Assembly (NCBI RefSeq): GCF_009914755.1
Contig: NC_060931.1
Length of the DNA: 64,000 nt
Source of the DNA: the human T2T-CHM13v2.0 reference genome, Homo sapiens
Reading direction: 5' to 3' (one strand)
The notes under the pieces were generated by a model. It was not told the DNA's origin. It searched no databases and saw nothing but the letters and a program-made list of their open reading frames with translations. The translations under genes and the position numbers were made by a program. Shown piece by piece: positions 50,100 through 64,000 of this stretch. Positions within the stretch are counted from its first letter, which is position 1, and every line of letters starts with the position of its first letter.

Positions 50100-51700
50100 A
50101 CTTCATTGAAGAACTTGAGTAGTCACCTGGAATTGTAACAAGTGTTAGCTCTGATTTTAACCAGATGATCTCAAGTGCAAAGGATACATAAGGAATTCAG
50201 ATTAATAATTATGACACAGTGTGATAAATGCCATAATAGTAGAAGCATGCAACGTTATAACAGTAAAGAGAAGACACAATCAAGTATTTATGAGATGCAG
50301 TAGTTCAGAAATGTTACAGGAAAGGGAATCCATAATTAAATCTGGATTGGTAATTTTAAGATTAGACAACTGACTGTGAAAAATGAGTAAATGGCACAGA
50401 GATATAAAAGAACTTAAAATATTTAAGATATAAGTATTTTTATGTATTACATAATAACTTAATATAAGATATTAAATGATTTGGTTTCGATTGAACACCA
50501 ACTGTGTTTGTTTCTAATTGATTTTATGCAGCTTAAATAAGGAAGATTCTGAAGGCAAATGGAACAAAAAATTAAATGGATATATTTAAATCCTGTCAAA
50601 GGCAAGTTTATGATGAGAAAATCCACTTTGGTGGCAGTATGCAGTATTTATCATCTGGACAATAGATACTATGGGGTAAGGAGACAAGTTGGGAACTGTT
50701 TATAAAAGAAAGGATAAGTTTTAGGGTCATATAGAAGGCAAAATTAATACAACTTAGTATCGGTGACTAAATATGTGAGTATAAACTTAATTAGCAAATG
50801 ATGGAATGGGGTAAGACTGCTGGATGAAACTCCAAGGCTTCTGTCTTGGGTGACTGGCCTCATGACATTGCTTTCAATGAGATAGAAACTAGGGTCAGTT
50901 TATGCTATATTCCTTCTATGAATAGTCAAGAGATATAATACATATATAATAGAATAATTCTGAAGATCAAGAGAGCCAAAGACATTTGTGAATCAAAAGC
51001 ATACAAGCAATAGTCAAAACCATAAACAAGAATAAAATTTTATCAGAGCACATAGTTTGAGACGAAAATAAGGATTGCCAGAAAACTAGTATTTTCCAAG
51101 GGGGAAGAAAACAAAAGGAGTTAGAACCAGGCTAACAATAGAAAGCCAAAGATTATTGACACGGTGGTCAAAGAAGTTGAGGGCTAAAGAAGAGGAAGGC
51201 CTGCAACTGATTAAAGATATAAAAGTGTCAAACAGATTTAATAATTAATTAAATACATTGACAAATGGCTTTTTAGAGCTTCCTATTGGCTGACTCGATT
51301 GATGCAAACCTCTGCAGACAGAATGGTAGCTCAGAGGCCAAGTCCTTATATTTGTGGGTGTTACTGTCCAATGACATAGACAAATAATGAATAAATCAAC
51401 AGACAAAGATTATGATTTAAGTGGCAAGAGATGGTCTCTTTCGAGTTGATATTGAGTTTATTTGAATTAGTATTTTAGCTTAGAAATGATAAGCTAGGAT
51501 AAGAAGGAGCTAACCAGGAAGAAAAATCATGCCAGGAGGAGGAAAAAGTGTGGTTAAAAGGTTTCAGACAGGAAAGAGGATGGCGTGTTTTCAGAAACAT
51601 GAATAGAACCCACACAGTTGAAGTGATGAGATGGGAGGAGTAAGCACATCCAAGTCATGTTTGTTTTAAGCTTGGAGAGACATCAACTTGGGACATTTTC
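50100..51700 (-). mobile_element. Fragmented L2
   Basis: ggatgaaactccaaggcttctgtcttgggtgactgg...; taagaaggagctaaccagg...; purine-rich antisense L2 body. Confidence 0.6.
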
Positions 51701-51849
51701 CTAAAAAAATTAAGAAGAGTACTTATGCTGAGGTAGAAATCTGTTAAGACTCAAAGATTTTGTAATAAACTAGGAAAAATGCATATGTTCTATTAAAAGA
51801 ATTGACAATGAAACAATTACTATTACTTTGGAATATGAATTTTTCTGAT

Positions 51850-52282
51850 GTGTATTTCAACACCTTCCCCTAGTTCTTCTCTGTGAAAAAGTTTTTCAAA
51901 GTATATGAATCTGGTATGACCTACACTGGAAACTGCCTACCTGCCAGAAGGCGGGTGACTGGCCCAAAGTGAACACATTGAAGTGCTTCCCTGCCATTTT
52001 TCATTAAGTATACCACATCTTCGGGGATAACCAAGGGAATAATTGCCTGCCTCATGGAGAAGCTTTTCAGAGGAATGAAATTAACACTGAGAGCAGCACA
52101 GACAGACAGGAGATGAAGAGAGTTGTTAGGATTTTCAAGTCTTTGCGGACAGTCGTCAATTAGACCTCTGGCTTTCTCGAAGTTTACCCATGTGAGCTAG
52201 GAACTTCATCTTTTCATCTTTTTGTTTGTTTAAACCATTTTTAGTTTCACCCTTTTGAAACAATATTGTGCTGACTCATATG
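51850..52282 (+). mobile_element. Old ERVL/MaLR-type LTR
   Basis: gtgactggcccaaagtg...catgtgagc...tttaaaccatt...ctgactcata terminal pattern. Confidence 0.45.
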
Positions 52283-55200
52283 ATAATTAAATTGGCTGGA
52301 GGTGGTCTCTTTCAAATCGATATTGAGCTTATCTAAGATGGTATTTTAGTTTAGAAATGAAAGGTAAGAAGGAGCTAACCAGGAAGAAAAATCATGTCAG
52401 GAAAATTATGCCCAAAAAATCATGCCATTTATCTAGCATGGTTTGAAAAAAGGGAAAAAGTTACTTGGGAACAATCACATAAAGCTCAGAATAATCAAAT
52501 ATGATGGGGATAATAATACTGTCTCAGTTGCATAATTTGCTTTGTAGAAGATTGCTGTTATTATAGCAGGAATAGAAAGAAAATAAGAGTCTACAGTCAG
52601 CTTTGACATTCAGAGTGAGAACAAATAGCAGAGATGAGCAAAGAATCAGCCATGGACAAGCCTTACCTTCCCCAGGGCCATGAGAACTAGAACTCTTCCC
52701 CTCACAAACATGCATTTCAGAAGGAGAGGAGGGGAAAACAGTCGCTTAGGGACTGGAACTTTACATTGACTGAAAGCTTAACCGAGATGGACTAAGTTAT
52801 TCCTATTGGTAAGTTTATGGATTTCTAATAAAATGTGGGAGGTTTATGAGAAAAATTAGAACAATTATAAAAAATACAGTTTTTAAAATGTACATCTTTA
52901 TTGTCCATGTGAGTGTAAATGTATGATCCTTCCAGACTAGCAATAAAAGGGGAAAAAACCCAGATAACTTTATTAAAGAATCACCAATGAGGTGCTCAAG
53001 TTAATACATATTTAATAATGTCCAGCTGTTAGCCAGATTCCCCCACCACTATTACCCACCTGCTGGCAGAAAGTTTTTATTATTTTTAATTAAAAAATTA
53101 TCTTTTCATCCCTACTCCTGAAATAAACATGCCATCACATGACCACTCATTTTGTCAAGAGTTTATAACATTCATAAATGGCTATGCTTTGATCTGGCAG
53201 GTCCCCTATCTCTAGTAAAATCTCACATTCATTTTTATTAAGTACCTTTGTGACATCGCTTTTTATTACTGCTGTGAAATAAAAATCTGGGCATCATTCA
53301 GGTTCAAGGTCACTTCTGTAAAAGAGGCAAAGTGCAGGACTTGACAAGCTTATGAAAATTATAAGAGGGATTAATAGTATCAAGGGATCATTAAGGTCTC
53401 TATGATTGTACAAAGACTATAAAGTTCCCGTGCCTAATAGAGATTATCTCAGTTTCTTGCTTTCTTTTTTTTCTTCTAAAAATATGCTCCCCAAAAGATG
53501 ACCATTTAGAATACTAGTTGTATATATATCCACTGAAAGTGCATTATTTCTTTCTCTTATGTAAACTGTATTTAGACAAAATTTAATTGTTTATTATTTA
53601 GGAAAAATTAAAGCTTTTATTCAATATAAGAATTTCATGGAAATTGACTTTATAAGTTAATTTTTGTATTTCAAACAATGTCAGTTTGTTAATACTTATG
53701 TTTCAGCACATTTAAAACTTGATGCTACAGAGCATTTTGTGGTACTTCTAGTACTCTTGTGGCTAGATGTTCCAGAGGAGAGAAGTGGAATAAAATAGAA
53801 AAACTGAAAATGGCATGCTAACGGGGAAGGGCTAATTATCTACCTTTCCTGTCTAAGTAAAGTTAAATAACACTATGAAGAGAAATTCTGAACATCACAA
53901 AGAACATAAGAGCTTTCTGGTATGTTTTATTAGGGATATCCTGAAAGTTCTTTTATGCTGCATTTAAATTTAAAAGATAAAAATCACAGCAACAATTCAG
54001 GGTTAAATTTGAGTTCAAAGTTTAAAGTGCACGTAAGAATGCCCAGGATTAAAAATAACTTGCAAATTGTTTGATAATAACTATAATTTTCTCCTCATTT
54101 TTGTTCTGTTAGTGAATTATATCACCAGATAAGCAATTTAAGATGCTTGAATAAATATTCATTGTATTTACAAAAGAAAATCACATAGAGCAATAACACT
54201 CATCTTTATTTACTCTTTTATTCACAATGGATAAACAGATATGCCTGAACAATATTTTCAGGTAGAATTGACAAGTAGATGAAAAAATAAGTCAGTTTAA
54301 ATACTAGAGTTCATTACGACTGCAAGCTTTTCTAAATCTGTATTGTGTTATTATAATCATACACTTAGAATAATTTAGTTATGATTTTATTAAAATATAG
54401 TATTTTACTCATTCCCAATGGTGTTATAAAGAAATTGCAGGACATTTGGAAAGACTTTAAATACTTATAAATACTTAACACTTTTTTAGTATTTAAAAAC
54501 ATACTAAAGACTCCATCTTCCCAAGAAATACATTTCTGGAAAGTCAAATTAAATTAATATTGTAAGTAAAGACAAACTGAAAATGTATTCTATGTAAATC
54601 TATCTTTCCTTATGATTATAATTCATATGTAGATAGGAACATTCCCAATGATTCGAGGCTGATGGCTGAAGTTTAATTCAAAGCTGTAATACCATGATTT
54701 GCATAGTTTAATTGACTGATGTAAAATAATAATATTTAGGACTCTTTTCTGAATACGTTCTACATATGAAATACATTACAAATTGAACTGCTGTCAGTTC
54801 TCCTTCCGGATTGGCTGGGACCATTATTACAGTCCATCAACTCACCATCAGACCATTACTTGCTCAGCAGTGTTCCCTGCGGACTTGCATTGCTCACTTT
54901 GAACATATTGCTTTAATAAGGAGAATTATTTCAGAAAGCTTGAGTTATCTCAGGCCCTGGAAGAAGCACTTCAGAACCTGACAAAGGAGTTTCTGTAGTA
55001 AATGACTTTGGAGATCAAAGAGTAAAATGTATATTTTACTTCATTTACATAAAAACATCCAGCACAGCATTTTACAAATTAACACAAATTTGATATAACA
55101 CGAAATGATATATGACTAAATTCTTCCATCTCTAGGATTCCAGATGTGTTTTTTATGTTGGTTGATTTACTTTTTGATTAGTTGTTAGAACGTAAGACAT

Positions 55201-56264
55201 CTGTTGCCATTGTACAGTGTAGAATATTTTAATGGTATTACTAAATGCCATGCATCTATCAGTGCCTAATCATGTGTCTAGTGCTAAAGCAACTCCCTGG
55301 GTAGGCTTTTCTAACAGATGTGGAACACTAGACTGCTGACCATGAAATTCTTCCAAAACAGCACTTATGAAAAGCAACTTCTTAGTATTAAATTTAGGTA
55401 GCAAAAAAAGTGCTAAAACTGTACAAATACAATTCAGCAAGTTTCATAATTTTATTTGATTTTTTATTGTTGCAGCTGTAATGGCATATGTTTTCTGTAG
55501 TTGCATTGTATGTTTAAGAAACTTAATTTCATTATTATTGATTACATCAGAATTTTCTGTTTTCTCTGAAGTTCAGGCAAGTAAGTCATAATACGCCTAG
55601 TGTCTAATAACCAATCAAGGTGGAACTAATGCAAATCAGACACCGATTAGAAAGATAATCATATAGTTATCCCCAAATAAACTGTATATACTTTTCTTTA
55701 TTCCTGCTTTATTATCTAATTTTTATGGAATGTATGTCTGCTGAGAGGATTTACAGTGTTTATTGCTAATCCAGCCTTTATTTTCTTTAACTATTGATAA
55801 GAAAGTCTATGAAAAGATAATGACAGAATGAACAACTAGCTACCGGTAAATTTCAGAAATCAATAAAAGATCGCAGTTCAAAAATAGTTTCAGTGATATA
55901 TTGCTGGCGATTTTATTTTACATATGTAGAATTCTAACGATAAATAGAATTCTGTGCTTATTTAGGTCATAAATACTATCATTGTGCAAATCTTACTGAA
56001 AGGAAGACAAAAACGTATTCTCTCTGTACTAATGCTCAGCTAGACCTAAAGCAGTAATGACTGATCCCTTCAAAGTGTTATGGGAATAAGTCAAAGTTAG
56101 AATTTTGTTGCTAAACTCTTTGTACATTATATGCACATAAGTAGGCATCACTTTAGATAAAGTAGGAGATATCTCCTGGCCAAAGGAAATAAAAACATGG
56201 TAAAACAAAAACAAAAACAGTGTAGGGATTCGTTGCTTTCATGACTCTTTGAAGTCAAACAGAA

Positions 56265-56470
56265 GAATGCTTAAGTTATGACTTTGCCATTACCTAGCTA
56301 TGTGATCTTCAGCTAGTTAAATAGCCTATTTTTGTCTCTGTTTCTTCATGAAATGTGGAAATAGAGATGACTACTTGGTAATAATTGTGAGAATTAAATA
56401 TCATGTACTTCATGTTCCCGTATAAAGTTCATGCATACCAAGTTCAATAAGTCTTAATTATTATTATATT
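56265..56470 (+). mobile_element. MIR
   Basis: ctttgccattacctagctatgtgatctt...ctgtttcttcatgaaatg...ttgtgagaattaaat. Confidence 0.75.
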
Positions 56471-56859
56471 GTTTATTATTATTACACTATTATTTTTATT
56501 CTCTCTGATAATTACATGGAGTTATCATTCTGAGAAAAAATGTCCTGTAAAGGAACAAAACAGATGCTTAATTCTCATTGAAAATAAATTCTCACTCAAC
56601 ATCAATTATCAATTATGGCCAAAAGAAATATTTGTTGTCACTCTGTCACTGTTTAATGGAAAGAATAGGAACTTCATCTAAGTGTTCAATCCATTCTGCC
56701 ACATGGGGGCATATTTTGTGCTTAATTTATTCTGATGTATCAACAGGAGGCAGATTATTATGGCCTAATAGAAATAAGACCTCTATAAGTAATATTAAAT
56801 TAATCAGAATGCATAATAAAAGTAGAGGCATTCATTTCTAATACTAATTTTTAAGATGT

Positions 56860-57225
56860 ATACTGCATCTCCAGTCAACATGTCTGTTTCATGTAGAAAT
56901 AAGGAGGAAATACAAAGGCATACTTCAGGGCATCTTTAAGACTCTTACTTGGTAAGTTTCTACCACCTACTCCCACATAGCACATGGTATGTGCACATGA
57001 CACTGAGTAATCTTTGTGCACATGACAACTGAACTGTGTCACACATGCACTTAATCTTTAAGGAAGATCAAGATGCAGAGTTTTTGTTGTTATTGTTGTT
57101 GTTATTGTTTTGTTTTGTTTATTTTTCACTGTGTGGTGTGCCACTCCCAATCAAACTGAAGTCCTGTTTTCAAGGAAGAAGGATAAACTAAATATTAGAT
57201 AGACAACAATCACTCCTTGTCACAG
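56860..57225 (-). mobile_element. Old MLT1-like LTR
   Basis: aactgtgtcaca...tttaaggaag...aaggaagaagg...atattagatagacaac...tgtcaca. Confidence 0.5.
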
Positions 57226-57934
57226 TAAAGTACACAATAGTTAACAAAATGTGATTAAGGCAAACATCAGTTCTATAACATGGGAAATCACAAGAAGGAA
57301 GGAAGGAAAGAGGCATAACTCTTGGAGATCACAAGTTTCAATGCTCGTTGAAAAAAAAAGTAACTCAGGAAGCAGTTCAGAACTTAATCAGAACCTGAAC
57401 TTGATATAATAATTAAAGTTCTTATTTTAATTCTGTTTACCAAAAAAAAAAAAAAAGACTGAAGTAATGCATGTCAAACCCTTAGAAAATCCAAGAAAGC
57501 TCCAAACAGAAAGGAAAAATATTTAATATAATCATAACCTCAATGCAAGGACCAACGTTAAGATTTTTAATAATATCTACATTTTTTAGTTAGGTATTAT
57601 ATTTACAAGTATACACAGTTTATAAATATAATTCTTTACCTATTTTACCTTTATTAAAAAATAAATTTAAAAACCTTCTACATTATTATTTTGTATTATT
57701 TTAATGTTAACAGTATAGGAAATTTGAAAGTAACAGAAGATATATTGCTCCTTTATAGGAGGATATAATTGCTTATTATAAAGTTCTGTTGTAAAGAAGA
57801 TCATAATCATGAACTAAGTGACTTAGTGAGATTATAATGCAAGAATTTCAATAGGGATTTTCACTTAAAAATTCATAGATTCTCTATTGTTTTGGTTTTT
57901 CCAATATTATTTATGAACTATAGACTTTCAAAAC

Positions 57935-57977
57935 AGACACACACACACACACACACACACAGACATATACATACACA
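57935..57977. repeat. (CA)n microsatellite
   Basis: Direct observation. Confidence 0.95.
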
Positions 57978-58475
57978 TAGTAAAGGAAAACAAAACATAT
58001 TATCATAACCGAACTTTTTATTGCTTCCCAAATTGTCTTCTCTCATAATGTGTACCCATTGAAACCACAATATTTTCAGCTACCACGACTTAAGTCAGAA
58101 CCTGTGAAGAGGCCTGTATCCGAATGGAATGTGTTGCACCTGCTAGAGTTGAATCCAACTCATCCACGGATATTTAGAAACTTGGATTATCTTTTGTGCT
58201 GTTTTCTAATCTATAAAATGGGGGCAATAATTTTTTGTCTAATTGGACGATTTCGAGAATTTAATGAGACGGCATGTTAAGAATTTAAAACATTGTCCAT
58301 TATTACCCATTCTATTTTGGTCATATATTGGCCTATTATTTCTACCTCTGTATTAATTACATGCATTTCAAACTCTTTGTTCTCACTATAATTAATCATA
58401 ATCACTTCTTTATTATCTTGCATTCCAACCAGTCTCACAACTTCCAATTTCCCCTTTTTAAATTTAATTTACTTT

Positions 58476-58793
<318 letters not shown>

Positions 58794-58799
58794 AGATTA

Positions 58800-59340
58800 A
58801 TTTTCTTAGAGCAAACCTCTGATACACTTGTGCTGCTGCTCAAAAGTTGGTGGCAATTCCTCATCAACAATCAGTGAGAGGCTGCCTGACATTCAACATC
58901 CTCCACAATCTGGCTCAAACTCACTCTCCACCTTTTTGTCTCTTTACTTCACTTTTTCATTCATAGGGTACAACCATAATAATATTTTCTCTAAACCTTC
59001 CTATCTTTCCCCACTGGATATACTTTCCTTACATTTTCACATATTTTAATCTCACCTGTTCTTCTAGCTTCCACTAAAAATATATTTTTCCATAAAATGT
59101 AGGCTTTTATTGTCTTCCTGTCATAAGCAATCTCTCCTGACGTTGAAATCCTCTAGAGTTTTATTTGCATCTCTTATGAGTCAGTGCTTTTTACATTTAT
59201 CTGTGAGTTATAGAATCCATTTGTGACTTCTACATATTTTAAGAATTTAAGATTTTTTGAAGTGGAATTATGCATTTTTTCCTGTCTCCATAGCATCTGA
59301 GTTTATATAGAGGGGATACTCGATGAAATGTAATTGGCCC
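58800..59340 (+). mobile_element. L2 remnant (donor of the local duplication)
   Basis: aaacctctgatacac...ctgctcaaaa...ctccacaatctggctcaaac...atactcgatgaaatgt. Confidence 0.6.
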
Positions 59341-59749
59341 AATTAAGTAAAAATTACTCTTTTAAGTATTTCTAAAATTACAAAACTGATAAAATTGGCA
59401 AAGGTGTGGTAATATTACTTCAGATTCTAACACTCCATTCTATGATTTTATGAATGTCTCCTATAATTTTTAAGAAATGAGTAGACTGATGGAATTTTAC
59501 GGCTAATTAGAGATTTTAGGAATCACGTATTCCAACTTCCTCTTGTAACTGATGAAGCTTCTGAGGTTTAGAAATGTTAAGGAACTTGCAAACACAACAT
59601 TTTTATTGGCAACAAGAAGCTAGAACCTGGAATCTTACTTTGTGACAGGCAGTCTAGTAAACTTTCCACTATTTGTCAGCCTTAATTTGCTGTGTGGTCC
59701 AACCTAGAGTTGAGTGTTTAATGAAATGACTTCTGTTGATTTCTTTTCA

Positions 59750-61538
59750 ACTTTGAGATATATTTTACATATTATAATTTAAATTATACAACTCAATAAA
59801 TTTTCAGTAAATTTATTGAATTATGAATGAAATTATACATTATGTGGTCTCTTGTGACAGACTTATTTTACTTACCATAATATTTTTTAGTTTCATTGAT
59901 ATTGTAACATTTATCAGTAGCTTGTTCATTTTTAATGCTGACTAGTATTCTGTTGTATGGATATATAACACTTTGTCTATTTCTTCATCAGTTGATAAGC
60001 ATTTAGTTTGTTTCTAATTTTGGCTATTTGAATAATACTTCCACGAATAACTTATGCACAGATCTTTTGTGTGGACATCCACCTTACTATCCACCTTTAT
60101 GTCTCTTTCCTTCAGTTTTTCATTCACAGGGTATAGCCATAATAATGTTTCCTCTAAATTTATCTATCTTTTCACATACTTCTCCCCACTGGATATACTT
60201 TCCTCACATTTTTCACATATTTTAATTTTACCTGTTCTTCTAGATTCCACTAAAAATACGTTTTAGATACATAATAACAGAATATAATAGGTTTTATAGT
60301 ATATTTACATTTAACTTTTAATAAACTGCCAACTGCTTTGCAAAGTGGCTGTACAATTTTACTTGCATATCAGCATTATAGGAGGTTTCCTGTTTCTCTG
60401 ATCCTCAACATTTGCTATTATCTGTCTTTATTATAGCTAACATAGTGGATGTAAGTGTTTTCTTATTGTGATTTTAATTTGCACTTCCCTAATGACTAAT
60501 GATGTTGAACATCTTACATTCTTACACATAAATATACCCACACATACGTACATATACGTATACACACGTGCATTAAATATCTGTATGTGTGTGTCTGTAT
60601 CAGTGTGTGTGTATTCTCTTTGGTGCGCTGCCTATTCAAATATTTGCCTAATTCAAAGTCTCCAAGATTTTTTCCTGTTGTCATCTAAAAAAGTTTATCT
60701 TTTTCATTCTAAGATGTAGCTTTATGAAATATTTACAGTCTACTTTTTGTGTGTGGTATGAGGCAAGGTTCTAAGTTAATCTTTTTTTGTGAATTGCTTT
60801 GGTACCTTTTTTGAAAAACAATTGACCATTAATGTTAGAATTTATTTCTGAACTCTTAGTTTTAGTCTATTAATCTACCTGTTTATTCTTATGCCAATAC
60901 CACACAGATCTGATAAATATAACTTTTAATAAGTTTTGAAATTGGAAAATGAAAGTACTTTGACTTTGTTCTTTTTCAAACTTGTTTTGGCGATTTTAGG
61001 TCTTTTAGATTTTCTACAATTTAGAATCAACATCAGTTTCTGCCAAAAAAAAAAAAAAACTGCTGGAACTTTGTTAAGATTTATATCAAATCTATTAATT
61101 ACTCTGGGAAGAATTATCATCTTAGCAATATTAAGTTTTCCAATTCATGAACAGAGAATATATTTCCACTTATTTGGCTCACTTTTAATGTCTTTCAACA
61201 ATGTTTTATAAATTTCAGTGTACTATTCTTGGACTTCTTTTGTTAAATTTATTTCTGAATATGATATTTTATTTTATTTTATTTATATTTTCTTTAGAGA
61301 CAGAGTCTCACTCTGTTGCCCAGGCTGGAGTGCAGTGGAGCAATCATATCTCACTATAACCTTGAAGTTCTGGGCCCAAACAATCTTCCCACCACAACCT
61401 CACAACCTCCTGAGTAGCTAAGAATACAGGGACATGCCACCACACCCAGCTATTTTTTTTATCAATTTTTTAAATTTTTCATTGTTTTTCTTTTCTTCTC
61501 CTTTTCCTTCTCCTCCTCCTCTTTCTTCTTCTTCCTCT

Positions 61539-61600
<62 letters not shown>

Positions 61601-62400
61601 CTTGTTGTGGCGATGGGATCTTTCTATGTTGCTCAGGCTGGTTTTGAACTCCTGGCCTCAAGTCATCCTTCCACCTCGGCCTCCCAAACCTCTGGGGCTA
61701 TAAGTCTGAGGCACAGTACCAAGCCTAAGTATTTCATTCTTTTTCATAACAATGTGAATAAAATTTTCTTCTTGATTTTATTTTTGGGTTGTTCATTGCT
61801 TATATATTAAAATGCAATTCATTTTAGATATATCAATCTTGTATCACATAATCTTGCTTAAGCTGTTTATTTTTTCTAATACATTTGAAGAGGATTCCTT
61901 AGGGATTTTCTTTTTGTATACAGGATCATATCATGATGCGTAAAGGCAGTTTTACTTATTTTTTTCTAGTCTAGATACCTTTTATTTCTTCTTTGGTTTT
62001 ATTCCCCAGAATATCTGGAACAATGTTAAATGATGTGATGACAGTAGACATCCTTGAAACTGTTCAGATCTTAGAAGGAAAGCTTACTTTTATTACTAAT
62101 TATAATGTTAGCTATAGGGTGTTTATTATGTGGCCTTTACTAGGTTAAATATACTGAGAGTTTTTATTATACATGGGTGTTGGTTTTCATCAATTCTTTT
62201 TCTACATATTGAGATGATTATTTTGATATAAACATCCATATATATACACACAAAACATCTACATATATACACATACGTGTGTGTGTGTATGTGTGTGTTA
62301 AAGCACTTTATATTATTAGGATACGTCCCATGATGTCATAGTATATAAATTTTTACATGTTGTGGACTTGGTTTACTAATATTTTGTTGTTCTAAATAGC
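59750..62400 (-). mobile_element. Old L1M ORF2/3'UTR in antisense
   Basis: gttttaatttgcacttccctaatgactaatgatgttgaacatct; peptides LPRVINRFD..K.P..FF and IAKTSLKKNKV...FSNFKTY. Confidence 0.85.
61268..61725 (-). mobile_element. AluJ with middle linker expanded to ~150 bp (CT-rich plus T54)
   Basis: Right arm 61297-~61452, left arm ~61605-61725. AluJ-type features (caatcat, cctcaagt..tcct). Confidence 0.9.
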
Positions 62401-62924
62401 TTCTGAAAAGATTACTCAAATGTTTTTCTTTGAATGTCCATATGTTTCTAACATAAATTGTAGACTAGATATGCTACTTGAACTATTTGCTGATAAAGAA
62501 GAGATTACCTTATGTTTTTAATTATAATGCAGTATGGTGACAACAAGGGGAAAGAAACTTCCAACACCAGTTTAAATACCTCTGGAGAATTTCATAGCAC
62601 ACTCATTATTAGTCCAAAACTACTGCCATCAGAGAGTTGGTGAGACAAAGAATAGGGATTTCCCATTTCATGTAACTCAATTTCAAGCCCCAGCCCCTTG
62701 CTTCTGAACTCTCTCCAACTCTTTCATGTATGTTAATCCTCATCTTTGATCAAACTACATCTTTGACTTTTTTTGTCATCTTTCATTTCATTCATTCTGG
62801 CAACCACCTTTTGGGTATATTTTGGTTCCTTTGTCTGCTAGTGTTAGCATCTCTAAATCTGTCCTTAATTCTACTAGACCTACTGAGTCTTCCTTCTTAA
62901 CTTTTAAATTCTGAGTTATTGGAG

Positions 62925-63392
62925 AATGTCTCTATATGATGCAGGCCAGCAACCTTGTGAAATCACATGGCTTATCTGCGCCCCCCTTCCCCTGAATTGA
63001 ATCTGTCTTTGTGATTTGTCACATAGAATATGACAGAATTAACATTGTTCAAATTTCAGATGCTAAGACTTAAGGTGTTACAGATTCCACTCTTGTTCCT
63101 TTGGAACACTGTGAAAAAAATACAGACTGGAGGATAAGGGGTCATGTGGGTGCGACCTAGGATAACTCAGCTCACAGCCAACACCAACTGCTAACATGTG
63201 AGGCCATGTTAGAGCCTCCAACCCAGTCAAGCCTTCAGATAACTGCAGCTCCATGAGCAATCCTAGATGACACAAGCAGAAGAAATCCCTGAACAACCAA
63301 TCCACAGAATTACGAGGAATAATATATTTATTATTCTTTTAAGTCACTATAGATTGGGATAGTGTGCCACAAAGTTACAGATAACTAATACA
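62925..63392 (+). mobile_element. MLT1G/H-like solo LTR
   Basis: ccttcagataactgcagc...tccacagaattacgag...tttaagtcacta...cagataactaataca. Confidence 0.8.
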
Positions 63393-63399
63393 CAAATGA

Positions 63400-63910
63400 T
63401 CAAGGTACTTCATCTACCACCCTTTTTTTTTTTTTTGACTTACCACAGTCACTTTCATTAATATTTATACATATTTTTAAAACAAAAAAAATTTCTTTCA
63501 CTATGAAAATTCTCTTTGAGTTTAGATAGATTTAATTTTAAGAATTCTTTCCAATATCAATGAGTCCTAGTAAATTATTGATATTCAACCTACAACTTCC
63601 GTCATGTACATATTTGTTCTGCCAATATATAGCCATACAAACCCTTTCCTGACTCATCCAGTAGATTGAATATCTCCTTTTTCTACACTGTGTATCTACT
63701 TTGTATATGCTTCTATAGTTGTATTGTTCACTCTCTACTGTAACTTTATGAGTTTACTTGTCTATCTCGCTTTTTTGTCTGTGTACTTCTCGTGGTAAGG
63801 GATTGTGTTTTGTCAACCTAGGTATCCTAGATATCCACACTTTTCTGGCACAAATTCAGAACTCAGTAAATATTTAATGAAATAATGAATGGATTAATGA
63901 TCAATTGTTA
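63400..63910 (+). mobile_element. L2 3' end (its body continues left of the MLT1, about 62480-62920)
   Basis: ccctttcctgac...ttacttgtctatctc...ctggcacaaattcagaactcagtaaatatttaatgaaataatgaatg. Confidence 0.75.
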
Positions 63911-64000
63911 GAGCCAGTGATGGATGAAGAAATGACTAAATGAATAGCTTATTTAAAAATATTTCTTTAATTTGTTAGTTCCTTTCCATTTTTACTTGTA

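Noticed and set aside
52525-52930. Possible ancient gypsy-like LTR
   Set aside because: Only a vague resemblance; no clear termini or TSD

Overview
AT-rich primate genomic DNA (Alu, L1PA and MST elements present), most likely a gene desert or large intron. I can support no intact protein-coding gene: ORF-track entries are decayed L1/ERV/CR1 fragments or chance ORFs. The main structure is an old class III (ERV-L-like) provirus on the minus strand (about 26117-42700). It has a 3' LTR, a PPT, an env-like region, IN, RT, PR and a probable gag, with RNase H apparently deleted. It is interrupted by a MER34-type LTR, MLT2A1, MSTB and a near-full-length L1PA16-like element, which itself carries L1PA4-like, twin-primed L1PA7-like and MSTA insertions. 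The most unusual signal is the env-like remnant, which lacks visible gamma-type ISD/CX6CC motifs and has a layout reminiscent of F-protein-like envelopes. Other notable items are local templated duplications (58927->60090 and 51411->52289), a fold-back insertion in L1, a 112-113 bp monomer array in an L1 5'UTR, an ancient CR1 coding fossil, and weak candidate non-coding exons. Subfamily names are from recall of consensus features, not a database search, and boundaries of old repeats are approximate.
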